Assembly: GCA_045615665.1 (NCBI GenBank)
Contig: JAZLFJ010000001.1
Location: 1 to 61,210, forward strand
From: Bacilli bacterium
Lineage (GTDB): Bacteria > Bacillota_I > Bacilli_A > RFN20 > CAG-826
Length of the DNA stretch: 61,210 bases
Direction: 5' to 3'
Notes under the pieces: model-generated
The model's input: only the letters and a program-made list of their open reading frames with translations
Database searches by the model: none
What the model was told of the DNA's origin: nothing
Shown here: piece after piece, positions 30,057 through 41,458 of the stretch
Numbering within the stretch: position 1 is the stretch's first letter
Layout of the letters: every line of letters begins with the position of its first letter
Made by a program: the position numbers and the translations under genes

Positions 30057-30565
30057 TAATGTTTATGATGATCGCATCCACAATCGCAGTCGTGATGATG
30101 CTTAGCTTCCTCTTCTTTTCTCTTACTGGCTTCTTCTAGTTTTTCTTCAAAACCTTCAAAAATATTGCCTTCGTATAATTCGCCATCATATTCATCTTCT
30201 TCAACATTTACGAGATTATCTTCTTTGATAAAGCGAGGGTAATCTTTATTGATGTGTTCATAATGGTGATGGGAATGATAATAATAGAATTCAACTTGTA
30301 AGTGAACCGAAAACTCTTTAAGAGTTTCAATTAAATATTTAGCAATAGCTTTTTCATTGTTTTCACAGTGCTCAGGAGCATTTACTTTAACGATTGCATT
30401 CCAACTTGTTTGTTCGACACCGTTATGGAATACATAAGCATCTGGAGCATAGAAAGAAACATTGTCTTCACTAACTTCAAATAAATTCGCGAGATTCTTA
30501 GTGTGATCTTTTGAATAATGACCAATTGTGTATTGATCTAAACCATAAATTGAGATTGTAACCAT
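30056..30565 (-). CDS. Hypothetical protein, DUF1904/tautomerase-like N-terminus with His/Cys-rich tail
   Basis: GAGG SD; repeated beta-alpha-beta pattern; ends HHHDCDCGCDHHKH. Confidence 0.55.
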   Translation of the reverse strand: MVTISIYGLDQYTIGHYSKDHTKNLANLFEVSEDNVSFYAPDAYVFHNGVEQTSWNAIVKVNAPEHCENNEKAIAKYLIETLKEFSVHLQVEFYYYHSHHHYEHINKDYPRFIKEDNLVNVEEDEYDGELYEGNIFEGFEEKLEEASKRKEEEAKHHHDCDCGCDHHKH

Positions 30566-30576
30566 TTTAGTACCTC

Positions 30577-32772
30577 CTAGAAGTCATATGGATCGACATT
30601 AACTTTAATATTTATTTGTGATTTGTTCTTAAGTGAATTTATTACTTCACCAAGATAGGCGTTAATTTTATCATAGTTTTTATATTTTATTAATATAATT
30701 CGGTGATAATTGTTATTCTCATAGGCAATATAAGGTTCAACTGGCCCTAAAACTGATACATTTTCAAAACCTTTGGAATCGATATCACGGCAAATCTTAG
30801 AAATAATATCAACAACCATATCTTCATTTTTGCCAATGATTTCGATGCTTGTTAAATAAGTATATGGGGGATATTGTGAAACTTTTCTCACCGACATTTC
30901 TTTAAGGAAAAATGCTTCATAATCCTGCTTGCTCGCCAAACGGATGGCGTAATGATAAGGATTAAAGGTTTGAATTATTGCATGGCCAACTTTATCCGCT
31001 CGTCCACTTCGGCCGACTGCCTGAGTGATTAGTTGAAACGCTCTTTCGGTCGAGCGGAAAGAAGGCAGTGATAAACCAATATCAGCAAGAACCACACCCA
31101 CTAGAGTAACATTTGGAAAATCATGACCCTTAGCAATCATTTGGGTCCCGACTAAAATATCTGCTTCTTGGTTAGCAAAGGCTTCAATTGTTTTAGCAAT
31201 ATTGTTTCTTACTTCTCCAACATCACTATCGAGTCTTAATACTTTAGCTTCTGGGAATAGCTTCTTAACTTCATCAACTATTCTTTCTGTTCCAAACCCT
31301 GACCTAGATAAATATTTAGAGCCACATTCTGGACAAACTTCAGCATTTAATTCGACGTGACCGCAATGATGGCACTTAAGCATATTGTCTTCACGATGAT
31401 AAGTTAAAGCAATACCACAGTTTGGACATTTGATAATATGCCCACAGCTACGACAAGTAATATAACCTGAATGACCTCTTCTATTTATTAATAGAATAGC
31501 TTGTTCCTTTCTTTCTAATACACCTTTTAATTGATCAATTAGATATTTTGAAAACATCGAAGATTCTCGGCTAAAAGAATATGCTTTTGACATATCGATT
31601 ATCGAGGTCTTTGGTAGTTCTTGTTTGTTAATTCGATTTGGTAAAGAAGCAAAATGATAAACACCTTTACACGCTCTTGCTTTTGTCTCTAATGATGGGG
31701 TCGCACTGCCAAGAATAACTTTAGAATTAAAGTGAGCGGCTCTCATAATCGCAACATCGCGAGCATGATAAAACGGAAGTGAATCTTGTTTGTAAGATTC
31801 CGTATGTTCTTCATCAAGAATGATTAAACCGATATTGTCTAATGGAGCAAATATTGCACTTCTAGCGCCAACGACAACGTGACAATCGCCTCTTGAGATA
31901 CGACGATATTCATCATATTTCTCAGCGGGCGTTAATTCACTATGAAGAATGGCGACATCTCCCGAAAATCTTCTTTGGAAATATTCAACCATTACTGGAG
32001 TCAAAGATATTTCAGGTACTAACATTAAAACGTTTCGACCCTGGGATAATATTTTCTCTGAGATAGTCAAATAAACTTCTGTCTTTCCTGAACCGGTAAC
32101 ACCTTGTAATAAAGTGACAGTTTTATCGGTTTTTAAAATAGACTCCACCGCTTGTTTTTGTTCATTGGTCAATTCTTTTTTATGTTCTTTTTTATATTCT
32201 GGAATCTCTAATCTAATCTTTTCTTCTTTTTCAAAATCAATTCGTTTCTTTTCATAGAGTTTTTGAACGATTGAAGGAGATTTGCAGTCTTTTTTGAGAA
32301 TTCGACCATTCGTTTTTAGTAGTCTAACCAGTTCAATTTGTTTAGGTGTTAAATCCTCTTCATCATCATCAATTAATTTGACATATGTGTCATATGCAAC
32401 CTTTGGTCCTCTAAGAGATGAAGAGGCTGGTTTCAAAGATGATGGTAGCATCGTCTGGAGGACACTAATTAAAGGGGCTAAATAATAATTTGATACCTCT
32501 TGAGATAGTTTAATAAGTTCATCATTTAGAAGTGGCTTTTCATCAAGAACATCTTTTATTTCTCCGATTTGAAAACCCATTTCCTCTTCGATTTGTTCTT
32601 TGCTTTTATCACTATCCTTAACATTTATTACATATGCAATGGTATTTTTGTGCGCAAAACTAACCAAAACACGATAACCAACACCAATCTGTTTATCACC
32701 TTTATAAATATAAGAAAAAGGGCGATTGAGACTATTGGCTTTTCTTTCAATTAAAACCTCAAGCAGCTTCAT
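30577..32772 (-). CDS. priA: Primosomal protein N' PriA
   Basis: GVTGSGKTEVY, DEEH, SATPS, four CxxC pairs, GTQMIAKGHDF. Confidence 0.98.
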   Translation of the reverse strand: MKLLEVLIERKANSLNRPFSYIYKGDKQIGVGYRVLVSFAHKNTIAYVINVKDSDKSKEQIEEEMGFQIGEIKDVLDEKPLLNDELIKLSQEVSNYYLAPLISVLQTMLPSSLKPASSSLRGPKVAYDTYVKLIDDDEEDLTPKQIELVRLLKTNGRILKKDCKSPSIVQKLYEKKRIDFEKEEKIRLEIPEYKKEHKKELTNEQKQAVESILKTDKTVTLLQGVTGSGKTEVYLTISEKILSQGRNVLMLVPEISLTPVMVEYFQRRFSGDVAILHSELTPAEKYDEYRRISRGDCHVVVGARSAIFAPLDNIGLIILDEEHTESYKQDSLPFYHARDVAIMRAAHFNSKVILGSATPSLETKARACKGVYHFASLPNRINKQELPKTSIIDMSKAYSFSRESSMFSKYLIDQLKGVLERKEQAILLINRRGHSGYITCRSCGHIIKCPNCGIALTYHREDNMLKCHHCGHVELNAEVCPECGSKYLSRSGFGTERIVDEVKKLFPEAKVLRLDSDVGEVRNNIAKTIEAFANQEADILVGTQMIAKGHDFPNVTLVGVVLADIGLSLPSFRSTERAFQLITQAVGRSGRADKVGHAIIQTFNPYHYAIRLASKQDYEAFFLKEMSVRKVSQYPPYTYLTSIEIIGKNEDMVVDIISKICRDIDSKGFENVSVLGPVEPYIAYENNNYHRIILIKYKNYDKINAYLGEVINSLKNKSQINIKVNVDPYDF

Positions 32773-32787
32773 GCCCTTTGTTCCTTT

Positions 32788-33351
32788 TTAATTACTAGTA
32801 ATTATTTTCCTAAAATCTTCGACAGCATCTTCCAATTTGTCATTAATAACAACAAATCGATATTGATCCTTTTGAGAAAGTTCGCGACTAGCTTGTGCTA
32901 GACGATTTTTGATAACTTCATCAGTCTCAGTTGAACGGCCTCTAATTCTATTTTCGAGTTCTTCTAAAGAAGGTGGCGCGATAAAGACGGAGATAACATC
33001 GTTTCGATCTAATTTAGATAAAACCTGGCTTGTGCCATTAACATCAATTTCAAGAAGGACATTTTTTCCTTCGTCTCTCATTCTTTCGACTTTGTCTTTT
33101 GGAGTGCCATATCGATTTCCAACAAATTCAGCCCATTCAAGAAGATTTCCGTTATCAATGTTCTTTTGGAATTCATCTTTAGAGACAAAATAATATTCCC
33201 GACCGTCGACTTCGCCCGGTCTTGGGTTACGAGTCGTCATTGAAACACTATAAAAGAGATTCAATGTTTTATCTTCCATTAGTTTTTCTCTAATGGTGCC
33301 CTTGCCAACTCCGCTTGGGCCAGACATAATAATAAGTAATCCACGTTTCAT
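32788..33351 (-). CDS. gmk: Guanylate kinase
   Basis: SGPSGVGKGT, SVSMTTR.PRPGE, LEWAEFVGNRYGT. Confidence 0.98.
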   Translation of the reverse strand: MKRGLLIIMSGPSGVGKGTIREKLMEDKTLNLFYSVSMTTRNPRPGEVDGREYYFVSKDEFQKNIDNGNLLEWAEFVGNRYGTPKDKVERMRDEGKNVLLEIDVNGTSQVLSKLDRNDVISVFIAPPSLEELENRIRGRSTETDEVIKNRLAQASRELSQKDQYRFVVINDKLEDAVEDFRKIITSN

Positions 33352-33412
33352 ATGGTTTTATTATAAATAAAAGAATTTAGATTCGCAATTAGATAATTGA
33401 TGCACAATATAA

Positions 33413-33441
33413 TTGAGAAGGAATTAAGTAATCTTTATAAT
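33413..33441 (+). promoter_or_regulatory. Promoter of rqcH, predicting a leaderless mRNA
   Basis: TTGAGA-17 bp-TATAAT-6 bp-ATG(33448), no SD. Confidence 0.7.
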
Positions 33442-33447
33442 GATTTT

Positions 33448-34806
33448 ATGAGAATTTCGCATGACTCCTATCAAAAATATTTAGAGACTAACGCATTAGA
33501 TTTTTCTAATAAAAAAGTATTTTCGCCGTTACTAATAAATAAAAAAACATTGTTTTTCCCGTATATGGAAGAAAAAGGAAAGGCATTGATAATTGATTTA
33601 AACCCATCGCTTCCACTTGTTTTCATAGCAAGTAAAGAAGCGTTCTTTTCTTCGTTTGAAAACTCTTTTTTGCAAAGATTTAGAAAACTGATTGGAAAGT
33701 CAGAGATTAAAAATATAAAACTTTCTGACAACGATTTAGTCATAGAAATCGATTTGTTTTCTTTAGATAACCTTGAATCTTTTAAACTAATTTGTGAATT
33801 ATTCCCAAATCATCCAAATCTCTTTGTCTTAAATAGTAGAAATGAGCTCGTCGAATTCTATTTCAAAAGCGCAACAAGACAATTCGAGATTGGTAAAAAA
33901 TTTATTCTAAATCAAAATGGCGAATTTCTTGATGGTGAAATAAGAGTGAGCGAACAATTAATCGACGAAAAATTTCAGAAGATTTTAGATATACGTGAAA
34001 GCGAAAAATATGCGGTTTTACTCAAGATTATAAATTCAAAGATTAAAGCTGCTGATAAACGTCTAAAAGCAATTGAAGATGATGTTAAAAATGCCCGCAA
34101 AAACCTGATATTTAAGGAAATTGCCGATACTATTCTCTCATCAGGATTACCATTAAAATCTCACCAAAATTCATTTATTTTTAATGAAGAAATGATCAAT
34201 CTTGATGATTCAAAAACATTACTCGAAAATGCTGAGATTTTTTACAAGAAATCTAAAAAAGCAAAAGAAACGATTTCTCGTTCTGAAATAAATATTCAAA
34301 ATGCGTTAGATGAAAAGACACAATATCAGAATCTATTAGAGGAATTTAATTCTGCAAATGAAAAGAAAAAAGAAGAATTAGTTGAACTTTACACTTTCTC
34401 TAAAAAGAAAAAAGAATTCAAACCAACTGCACTAAATCGTCCATGGAAAATAAATATAAATGGAACAATTATTTATTTCGGACGCAACGCTTCGCAAAAT
34501 GACTATCTAAGTTTTGCTATGAAATTAGACCGTGAATTTACTTGGATGCATATCAAAGACAAGAGTGGCGCTCATTTAGTCATTGCAAATAAAAAGCCAA
34601 CTGAAGAAGAATTGTTAGTCGCATCAGAGATTGCTTTATTATGTTCAAAAGCCTCTTGCGGCGAAATAAGTTATACAAAAAAGAAAAATGTCCGCCGCGG
34701 ACACGTTCTTGGCGAAGCCATCATTAAGAATTACTCCACCATTAAGGTTAATTCAATTAGAAAAGAAAATAGAGATTTGCTCGAAAAAGCTAAACGCTGC
34801 GATTAA
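33448..34806 (+). CDS. rqcH: NFACT-family ribosome quality control protein RqcH/FbpA (divergent)
   Basis: F...RK..., L..EL....N..., coiled coil with ENA..FYKKSKKAK, NFACT-R GRNA.QNDYL..W.H.KD..GAH; start revised from 33397. Confidence 0.85.
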   Translation: MRISHDSYQKYLETNALDFSNKKVFSPLLINKKTLFFPYMEEKGKALIIDLNPSLPLVFIASKEAFFSSFENSFLQRFRKLIGKSEIKNIKLSDNDLVIEIDLFSLDNLESFKLICELFPNHPNLFVLNSRNELVEFYFKSATRQFEIGKKFILNQNGEFLDGEIRVSEQLIDEKFQKILDIRESEKYAVLLKIINSKIKAADKRLKAIEDDVKNARKNLIFKEIADTILSSGLPLKSHQNSFIFNEEMINLDDSKTLLENAEIFYKKSKKAKETISRSEINIQNALDEKTQYQNLLEEFNSANEKKKEELVELYTFSKKKKEFKPTALNRPWKININGTIIYFGRNASQNDYLSFAMKLDREFTWMHIKDKSGAHLVIANKKPTEEELLVASEIALLCSKASCGEISYTKKKNVRRGHVLGEAIIKNYSTIKVNSIRKENRDLLEKAKRCD

Positions 34807-35303
34807 ATCTTATATTTTTTAATCATGTCGAAAGTTGCAAGCTCAGGGTATTTTTGTTGTCTTAAAATTTCGTAAGTAACAATCGCTACCGCGTTTGAGA
34901 GATTTAAACTTCTAGCGGTTGATAACATTGGAATTCGCAAAGTCTTATCTTTATTTTTGGATAGAATTTCTTTATCGATTCCTGTTGATTCTCTTCCAAA
35001 CATCACATAGACATCTTCAGTCACATCTTGGAACAAGTCTTCACTATAAAGATGCGTTCCATATTTAGTTACATAGTAAATGTTTTTATTAGCAAATGCT
35101 TTTTCAAATTCTTCATAGCTTTCAAAATAATCGTAATCAGCATCTTTTAAGTAATCCATACCAGATCTTTTAAGTGCCTTATCAGACAAGTCAAAAGGGA
35201 TTGGACCGATGATATGAACTTTGGAACTAGTTGCCATCGCTGTCCTTAAGATATTCCCAGTATTTTGAGGAATTTCAGGATGATAGAGAATAATGTGAAT
35301 CAT
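34803..35303 (-). CDS. trmL: tRNA (cytidine/uridine34-2'-O)-methyltransferase TrmL
   Basis: PEIPQNTGNI.R, FGRESTG, RIPM...RSLNLSN. Confidence 0.95.
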   Translation of the reverse strand: MIHIILYHPEIPQNTGNILRTAMATSSKVHIIGPIPFDLSDKALKRSGMDYLKDADYDYFESYEEFEKAFANKNIYYVTKYGTHLYSEDLFQDVTEDVYVMFGRESTGIDKEILSKNKDKTLRIPMLSTARSLNLSNAVAIVTYEILRQQKYPELATFDMIKKYKI

Positions 35304-35309
35304 GTTTAG

Positions 35310-35331
35310 AAAAAACGCTCCAAAGGAGCGT
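35310..35331 (-). terminator. Intrinsic terminator after ppa
   Basis: ACGCTCC-ttt-GGAGCGT followed by a T tract on the minus strand. Confidence 0.7.
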
Positions 35332-35338
35332 CATATAA

Positions 35339-35878
35339 TTATTTGCTTTCTTCGCCAAATTTCTTTTTATATGCTTCAATACAAAGAGAGATGACGTCCA
35401 TAGCCATCATTCGTCCACGGATATGGTTGACGATTGTTTCTTTACCTTCAAGTTGCTTATAAACAACAAAGAAGTGTTTAATTTCTTGAAGGATGTGGTT
35501 TGGAATTTGTTTAATATCAGAGAACGAGTTATAAACTGGATCATTTTTAGCGATTGCAATAATCTTAGCGTCCTTAGAACCGCCATCAATCATTTCGAGC
35601 ATACCGATTGGGTAACATTCAACTAAAGCAAGAGGAACGATTGGTTCACTACAAATAACCAAAACATCAAGTGGGTCACCATCATCAGCATAGGTTCTTG
35701 GAATAAAACCATAGTTATGTGGATAGTGAGTTGAAGTATATAAGATACGGTCAAGCTTTAAAGCGCCTGAATATTTATCAAGTTCATATTTGTTTTTAGA
35801 ACCTTGAGGAATTTCAATACAGGCTAAAAAGCTTTCAGGTTTAATTTGGGAAGGATCAGCACGATGCCATAAATTCAT
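35339..35878 (-). CDS. ppa: Family I soluble inorganic pyrophosphatase
   Basis: IEIPQGS.NKYE.DK, YP.NYGFIP, DGDPLDV. Confidence 0.96.
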   Translation of the reverse strand: MNLWHRADPSQIKPESFLACIEIPQGSKNKYELDKYSGALKLDRILYTSTHYPHNYGFIPRTYADDGDPLDVLVICSEPIVPLALVECYPIGMLEMIDGGSKDAKIIAIAKNDPVYNSFSDIKQIPNHILQEIKHFFVVYKQLEGKETIVNHIRGRMMAMDVISLCIEAYKKKFGEESK

Positions 35879-35970
35879 AATATAGCCTCCTTAACAAGCA
35901 CATTATTGTATGCTTTTATTTATAAATAGCAACAACAAAACTTGCTTTATAATATAATTATACACGAACT

Positions 35971-36729
35971 ATGATTAAAAAACTTATTCCTTTAACATTA
36001 TTAGCTAATCTATTGGTGGCTTGTTCGTCAAATAATTCAAAAGCTGTTTTAGCGAAAAGTTTCGATAGTTTTTTAACAAACGAAAATAAAATATTGGTCG
36101 CAGATATTGAATCCGTTTCTAGAAGTATCTCAATGGATGCTGGTTTCTTAATCTATATATCTGAGAAAGGTTGTTCTAGCTGCGAGGCATTTAACCCAAT
36201 CTTAACTTCCTATGTCGAAAAGACATCTTTATTAACTTATAAATTTGATGTGGAAGATAATCGCGGAGATTTAGCGGCGTTTCAATTATTTTATGGTGAT
36301 AGATTCTTCAAAAAGAATAGCTATGGAGATTATCAGATATTAACTCCATCACTTTACGTGATTCAAAATAATATCGTCGAAGAAATCGACTATGATTCAT
36401 ACATGAAAGCTTCTCGAGCATTCGAAAACTATCTAAATTCAAGATACGTCATAAAGAACCATTACTTTATCCATAAAAATGTTTCTGAATATGATTTAAA
36501 CGGTAAATCTTTTAGTTATGTTAGTTTTAATAAAGGTAAAGAAGGATTAGCAAATTTATATAAAACCAAAATCCTTCCTCTTATAAAACAAAGCGATAAC
36601 GTTATTGTCGTTTCTGACATAAATGAGAACGAGACTATCTCAATTGCAAAATACGAGAATGGCACCATAACTCAAACAAAAGAAATTTCCACTTCTACTA
36701 GCGAAGAAGAAATAAGACAGATGTTATAA
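35971..36729 (+). CDS. Lipoprotein with thioredoxin-like CxxC domain
   Basis: LVAC lipobox; GCSSC; downstream TP cis-Pro-like motif. Confidence 0.65.
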   Translation: MIKKLIPLTLLANLLVACSSNNSKAVLAKSFDSFLTNENKILVADIESVSRSISMDAGFLIYISEKGCSSCEAFNPILTSYVEKTSLLTYKFDVEDNRGDLAAFQLFYGDRFFKKNSYGDYQILTPSLYVIQNNIVEEIDYDSYMKASRAFENYLNSRYVIKNHYFIHKNVSEYDLNGKSFSYVSFNKGKEGLANLYKTKILPLIKQSDNVIVVSDINENETISIAKYENGTITQTKEISTSTSEEEIRQML

Positions 36730-36752
36730 AAAAAGGATGCATAGCATCCTAA

Positions 36753-37150
36753 TTATTGTTCGTATGTTTTTATTCTCGCAATTGCTCTTAGCAAGGCATG
36801 TCGCGCTCTTTCAACATCGATATTGATGTCATTTTTATTATCTAATCTATTCTCAGCACGTTTCTTCGCTTCTTTAGCTCGCTCAATATCGATATCTTTT
36901 TTAGCCTCGATGCCATTGACGATGAGACTAACTTTGTTATCTTTGACTGAGATGGCACCACCATGAATAGCAAAATATTCGACCTTAGCTCCTTTAACAA
37001 AGTGCATAGGAGCATATGCTAATGCACCGATAAGAGGAATATGATGGGCAAGAATAGTTCGATAACCGCTGGTAAGTTTCACGCTTAAAGAGTCTACCTC
37101 TTCTTCAAAATAGATTCCTTTTGGTGAAATTATCGCAAGTTTAAATGACA

Positions 37151-37151
<1 letters not shown>
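36753..37151 (-). CDS. atpC: F1 ATP synthase epsilon
   Basis: IISP.G, ILAHH.P, IDIERA..AK.RAE; last gene of the atp operon. Confidence 0.95.
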
Positions 37152-38563
<1,412 letters not shown>

Positions 38564-39409
38564 CTATTTATTGATAGAGCCTGATACAATTTCAGTGATT
38601 TCCTGTGTGATAGCAGTTTGTCTAGCCTTATTGTATTCAAGGGTGAGTTTATCGATAATTTCATCCGCATTATCATTTGCGTTTTCCATCGCAGTTCTAC
38701 GACTTGCTTGTTCGGAAACCTGCGATTCAATAATTTTGTGATACAAAGTCGAAGAAACATAGATAGGAACTAGTTCATCGATCAAGGTCTTGGCATTAGG
38801 ATCGAGAATAGGTTCATATCCCTCTTTACTTTCTCCTTCAACATTTTGAATTGGGAAAATACTAATTTCTTCAGGAACAAATTTAAGTGAATTCACATAG
38901 TGAGTATAAATTAATCTAATAGAACGATATTTTCCATTAACGAATTCTTTAGTTATTAATTCGCCTAATTTTTTGATTTCTTCAAATTCGAGACGTTCAT
39001 TAATAGAGACAAATTCATTTAAAAGTTTATAGCCTTCTTTTCTTAAATAATTTTGGCCTTTAAAACCAATAGGAATAATTTCGGTTTTGTCCTTTTTTAC
39101 ATTCTCATTAACAAAGTTAAAGATATTGTTATTATAAGATGCACAAAGGCCAAGATTAGATGAGACTACTATATATAAATCAGTCTCGGATTTAGTCTCA
39201 ACTAAATATGGATTATCTTCTACATCGATATGCGCAAAAAGATGGTGGATAATGTCCACTAGTTCTTTCGCATAAGCTTCGTTTTCAAGCATCACATTCT
39301 TGAATCTTTTCAGCTTCACAGTGGCAACTAATTCCATCGCTTTTGTAATCTTTTTGGTGGAATTAACTGATGCGATTCTTCTTTTTGTTTTGTGTAGAGA
39401 TTGCGCCAT
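38564..39409 (-). CDS. atpG: F1 ATP synthase gamma
   Basis: KITKAMELVA, YNKARQTAITQEITEI. Confidence 0.98.
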   Translation of the reverse strand: MAQSLHKTKRRIASVNSTKKITKAMELVATVKLKRFKNVMLENEAYAKELVDIIHHLFAHIDVEDNPYLVETKSETDLYIVVSSNLGLCASYNNNIFNFVNENVKKDKTEIIPIGFKGQNYLRKEGYKLLNEFVSINERLEFEEIKKLGELITKEFVNGKYRSIRLIYTHYVNSLKFVPEEISIFPIQNVEGESKEGYEPILDPNAKTLIDELVPIYVSSTLYHKIIESQVSEQASRRTAMENANDNADEIIDKLTLEYNKARQTAITQEITEIVSGSINK

Positions 39410-39410
39410 A

Positions 39411-40916
39411 TTAATTTAATGAATCAAAATATTTTTTAAGAACGTCTTTTAAGGTTTTTTCGAGTTCTTCTGAAATAACCTTCTTAGCATTAATCTCTTC
39501 TAAAATCTTCTTATGCGAAGATGATAAATGAGAATAGAGTTTATCAAGGTAGTCCTTAATCTTTTCTCTAGGAATAGATTCAAGATATTTGTGTTTTGCC
39601 GCAAATAACTCAATTATTTGACGATCAACAGGGTATGTATCGTATTGATTTTGTTTTAAGATTTCCATGAGGACAGCCCCATGATTTAAAACTTCTTTTG
39701 TGCTCGCGTCTAAGTCTGAACCAAATTGAGCAAAAGCTTGAAGTTCGCGGTAGTTCGCCAATTCAATCTTTAAAGAGTTTGCGACTTGCTTCATCGCTTT
39801 AATTTGAGCAGCGCTTCCAACGCGGCTAACCGATAAACCTGAATCGATAGCAGGTCTTTGACCAGCATTAAATAAATCTGTCATCAAAAAGATTTGACCA
39901 TCGGTAATAGAAATAACGTTAGTCGGGATGTAAGCGGAAATATCGCCTTGTTGAGTTTCAATTATTGGTAGAGCAGTAATAGAGCCGCCACCATAAGCTT
40001 TATCTAATTTACAAGCACGCTCGAGTAAACGGGAGTGTAAATAGAAAACATCGCCTGGATAAGCTTCACGTCCACTAGGACGTTTAAGAAGCAAAGATAA
40101 GGTTCTATATGCAACAGCGTGTTTTGATAAATCATCAAAGATGATTAAACTATCTTTCCCCTGTTCTAGCCATTCTTCCGCTATCGCCATGCCTGAATAA
40201 GGTGCTAAATATAAAAGCGGAGCGAGTTCACTAGCAGTAGCGGAAACAACAACTGTGTATTTCATTGCCCCGGCTTTTGCTAATTTGTCGACGATTGAAG
40301 CAACAGTTGAATTCTTTTGACCAATAGCAACATAGATACAATTAACATTTTGATCCTTTTGGTTGATAATCGTATCCACTGCAATAGCGGTTTTACCGGT
40401 TTGGCGGTCACCAATGATAAGTTCTCTTTGTCCTCTTCCTATAGGAATCATAGCGTCGATGGCTTTAATTCCGGTTTGAAGTGGAGTGTCGACGCTCTTA
40501 CGGAACATGACACCAGGAGCAATTCTTTCAACGGGGCGAGTTTTGCTAGATTTAATATCACCAAGGCCATCGATTGGTTGGCCTAGAGCGTTGACGACAC
40601 GTCCGAGAAGATTATCTCCAACTGGAACTTCGACAACTCTTTTGGTGCGTTTAACTAAATCGCCCTCTTTGATTTCTTTATCGCTTCCTAAAAGAACGCA
40701 TCCAACATTTTCTTCCTCAAGATTCATGACCATGCCATAAATTCCATGAGGAAATTCTACAAGTTCGCCTAGCATTGCTTTATCAAGACCATAAACCAAA
40801 GCAACACCATCACCAACGGTGATAACAGTACCAACATCGTTAGATTCAACTTTGCTAGAAAAATCTTCAATCTGTTTTTTGATTAAGGCAGAAATTTCGG
40901 ATGAATTAACTTTCAT
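39411..40916 (-). CDS. atpA: F1 ATP synthase alpha
   Basis: [26 protein letters not shown]. Confidence 0.99.
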   Translation of the reverse strand: MKVNSSEISALIKKQIEDFSSKVESNDVGTVITVGDGVALVYGLDKAMLGELVEFPHGIYGMVMNLEEENVGCVLLGSDKEIKEGDLVKRTKRVVEVPVGDNLLGRVVNALGQPIDGLGDIKSSKTRPVERIAPGVMFRKSVDTPLQTGIKAIDAMIPIGRGQRELIIGDRQTGKTAIAVDTIINQKDQNVNCIYVAIGQKNSTVASIVDKLAKAGAMKYTVVVSATASELAPLLYLAPYSGMAIAEEWLEQGKDSLIIFDDLSKHAVAYRTLSLLLKRPSGREAYPGDVFYLHSRLLERACKLDKAYGGGSITALPIIETQQGDISAYIPTNVISITDGQIFLMTDLFNAGQRPAIDSGLSVSRVGSAAQIKAMKQVANSLKIELANYRELQAFAQFGSDLDASTKEVLNHGAVLMEILKQNQYDTYPVDRQIIELFAAKHKYLESIPREKIKDYLDKLYSHLSSSHKKILEEINAKKVISEELEKTLKDVLKKYFDSLN

Positions 40917-41458
40917 TAATTGCTTCTCCTTTCTTTAAGAGTATTTTCAAGTGTTTCAAGTTTGTATTTGATCGACCCATCAAAGACGTGATCGTGAATG
41001 ACGACTTTAACGCCTCCGATTAAACGAGGATCAACTAAATTTTTAAGTTCAACTTCATGACCGAGTCTTTTAGCGATTGCTTCTTCAATCTTTTTGATTT
41101 GTTTTTCGCTTAATTCTTCGGTGGAATAAAGATAGCCTTCATCGATATTAAGCTGTTCGTTGAGTAGTTTGTTAACTTCCTTTTCAACATCTTTAAAACG
41201 AAAAATGAGGTGCTTTTTACAAAGTAATTTGATGAAGTTTGTGAAATTTTCGCTTTTATATGTTTTGGTGAGTTCATCCACGAAAGCATATTTTTCTTCA
41301 TCACTTACAAAATAAGATTCAAGATATTTTGCGATTTCAGGATATTCAAAAATGACGCTGGAAAATGAGGCAAAGATCTTTTTATATTCTTTGCATTTGT
41401 TCTCATCTCTAGCAATAGAAACTATCGCAGCAGCATATTTTGAAACAACCGATTCCAT
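40916..41458 (-). CDS. atpH: F1 ATP synthase delta
   Basis: YA.A N-terminus, VDP.LIGG...DGSI; operon position. Confidence 0.93.
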   Translation of the reverse strand: MESVVSKYAAAIVSIARDENKCKEYKKIFASFSSVIFEYPEIAKYLESYFVSDEEKYAFVDELTKTYKSENFTNFIKLLCKKHLIFRFKDVEKEVNKLLNEQLNIDEGYLYSTEELSEKQIKKIEEAIAKRLGHEVELKNLVDPRLIGGVKVVIHDHVFDGSIKYKLETLENTLKERRSN

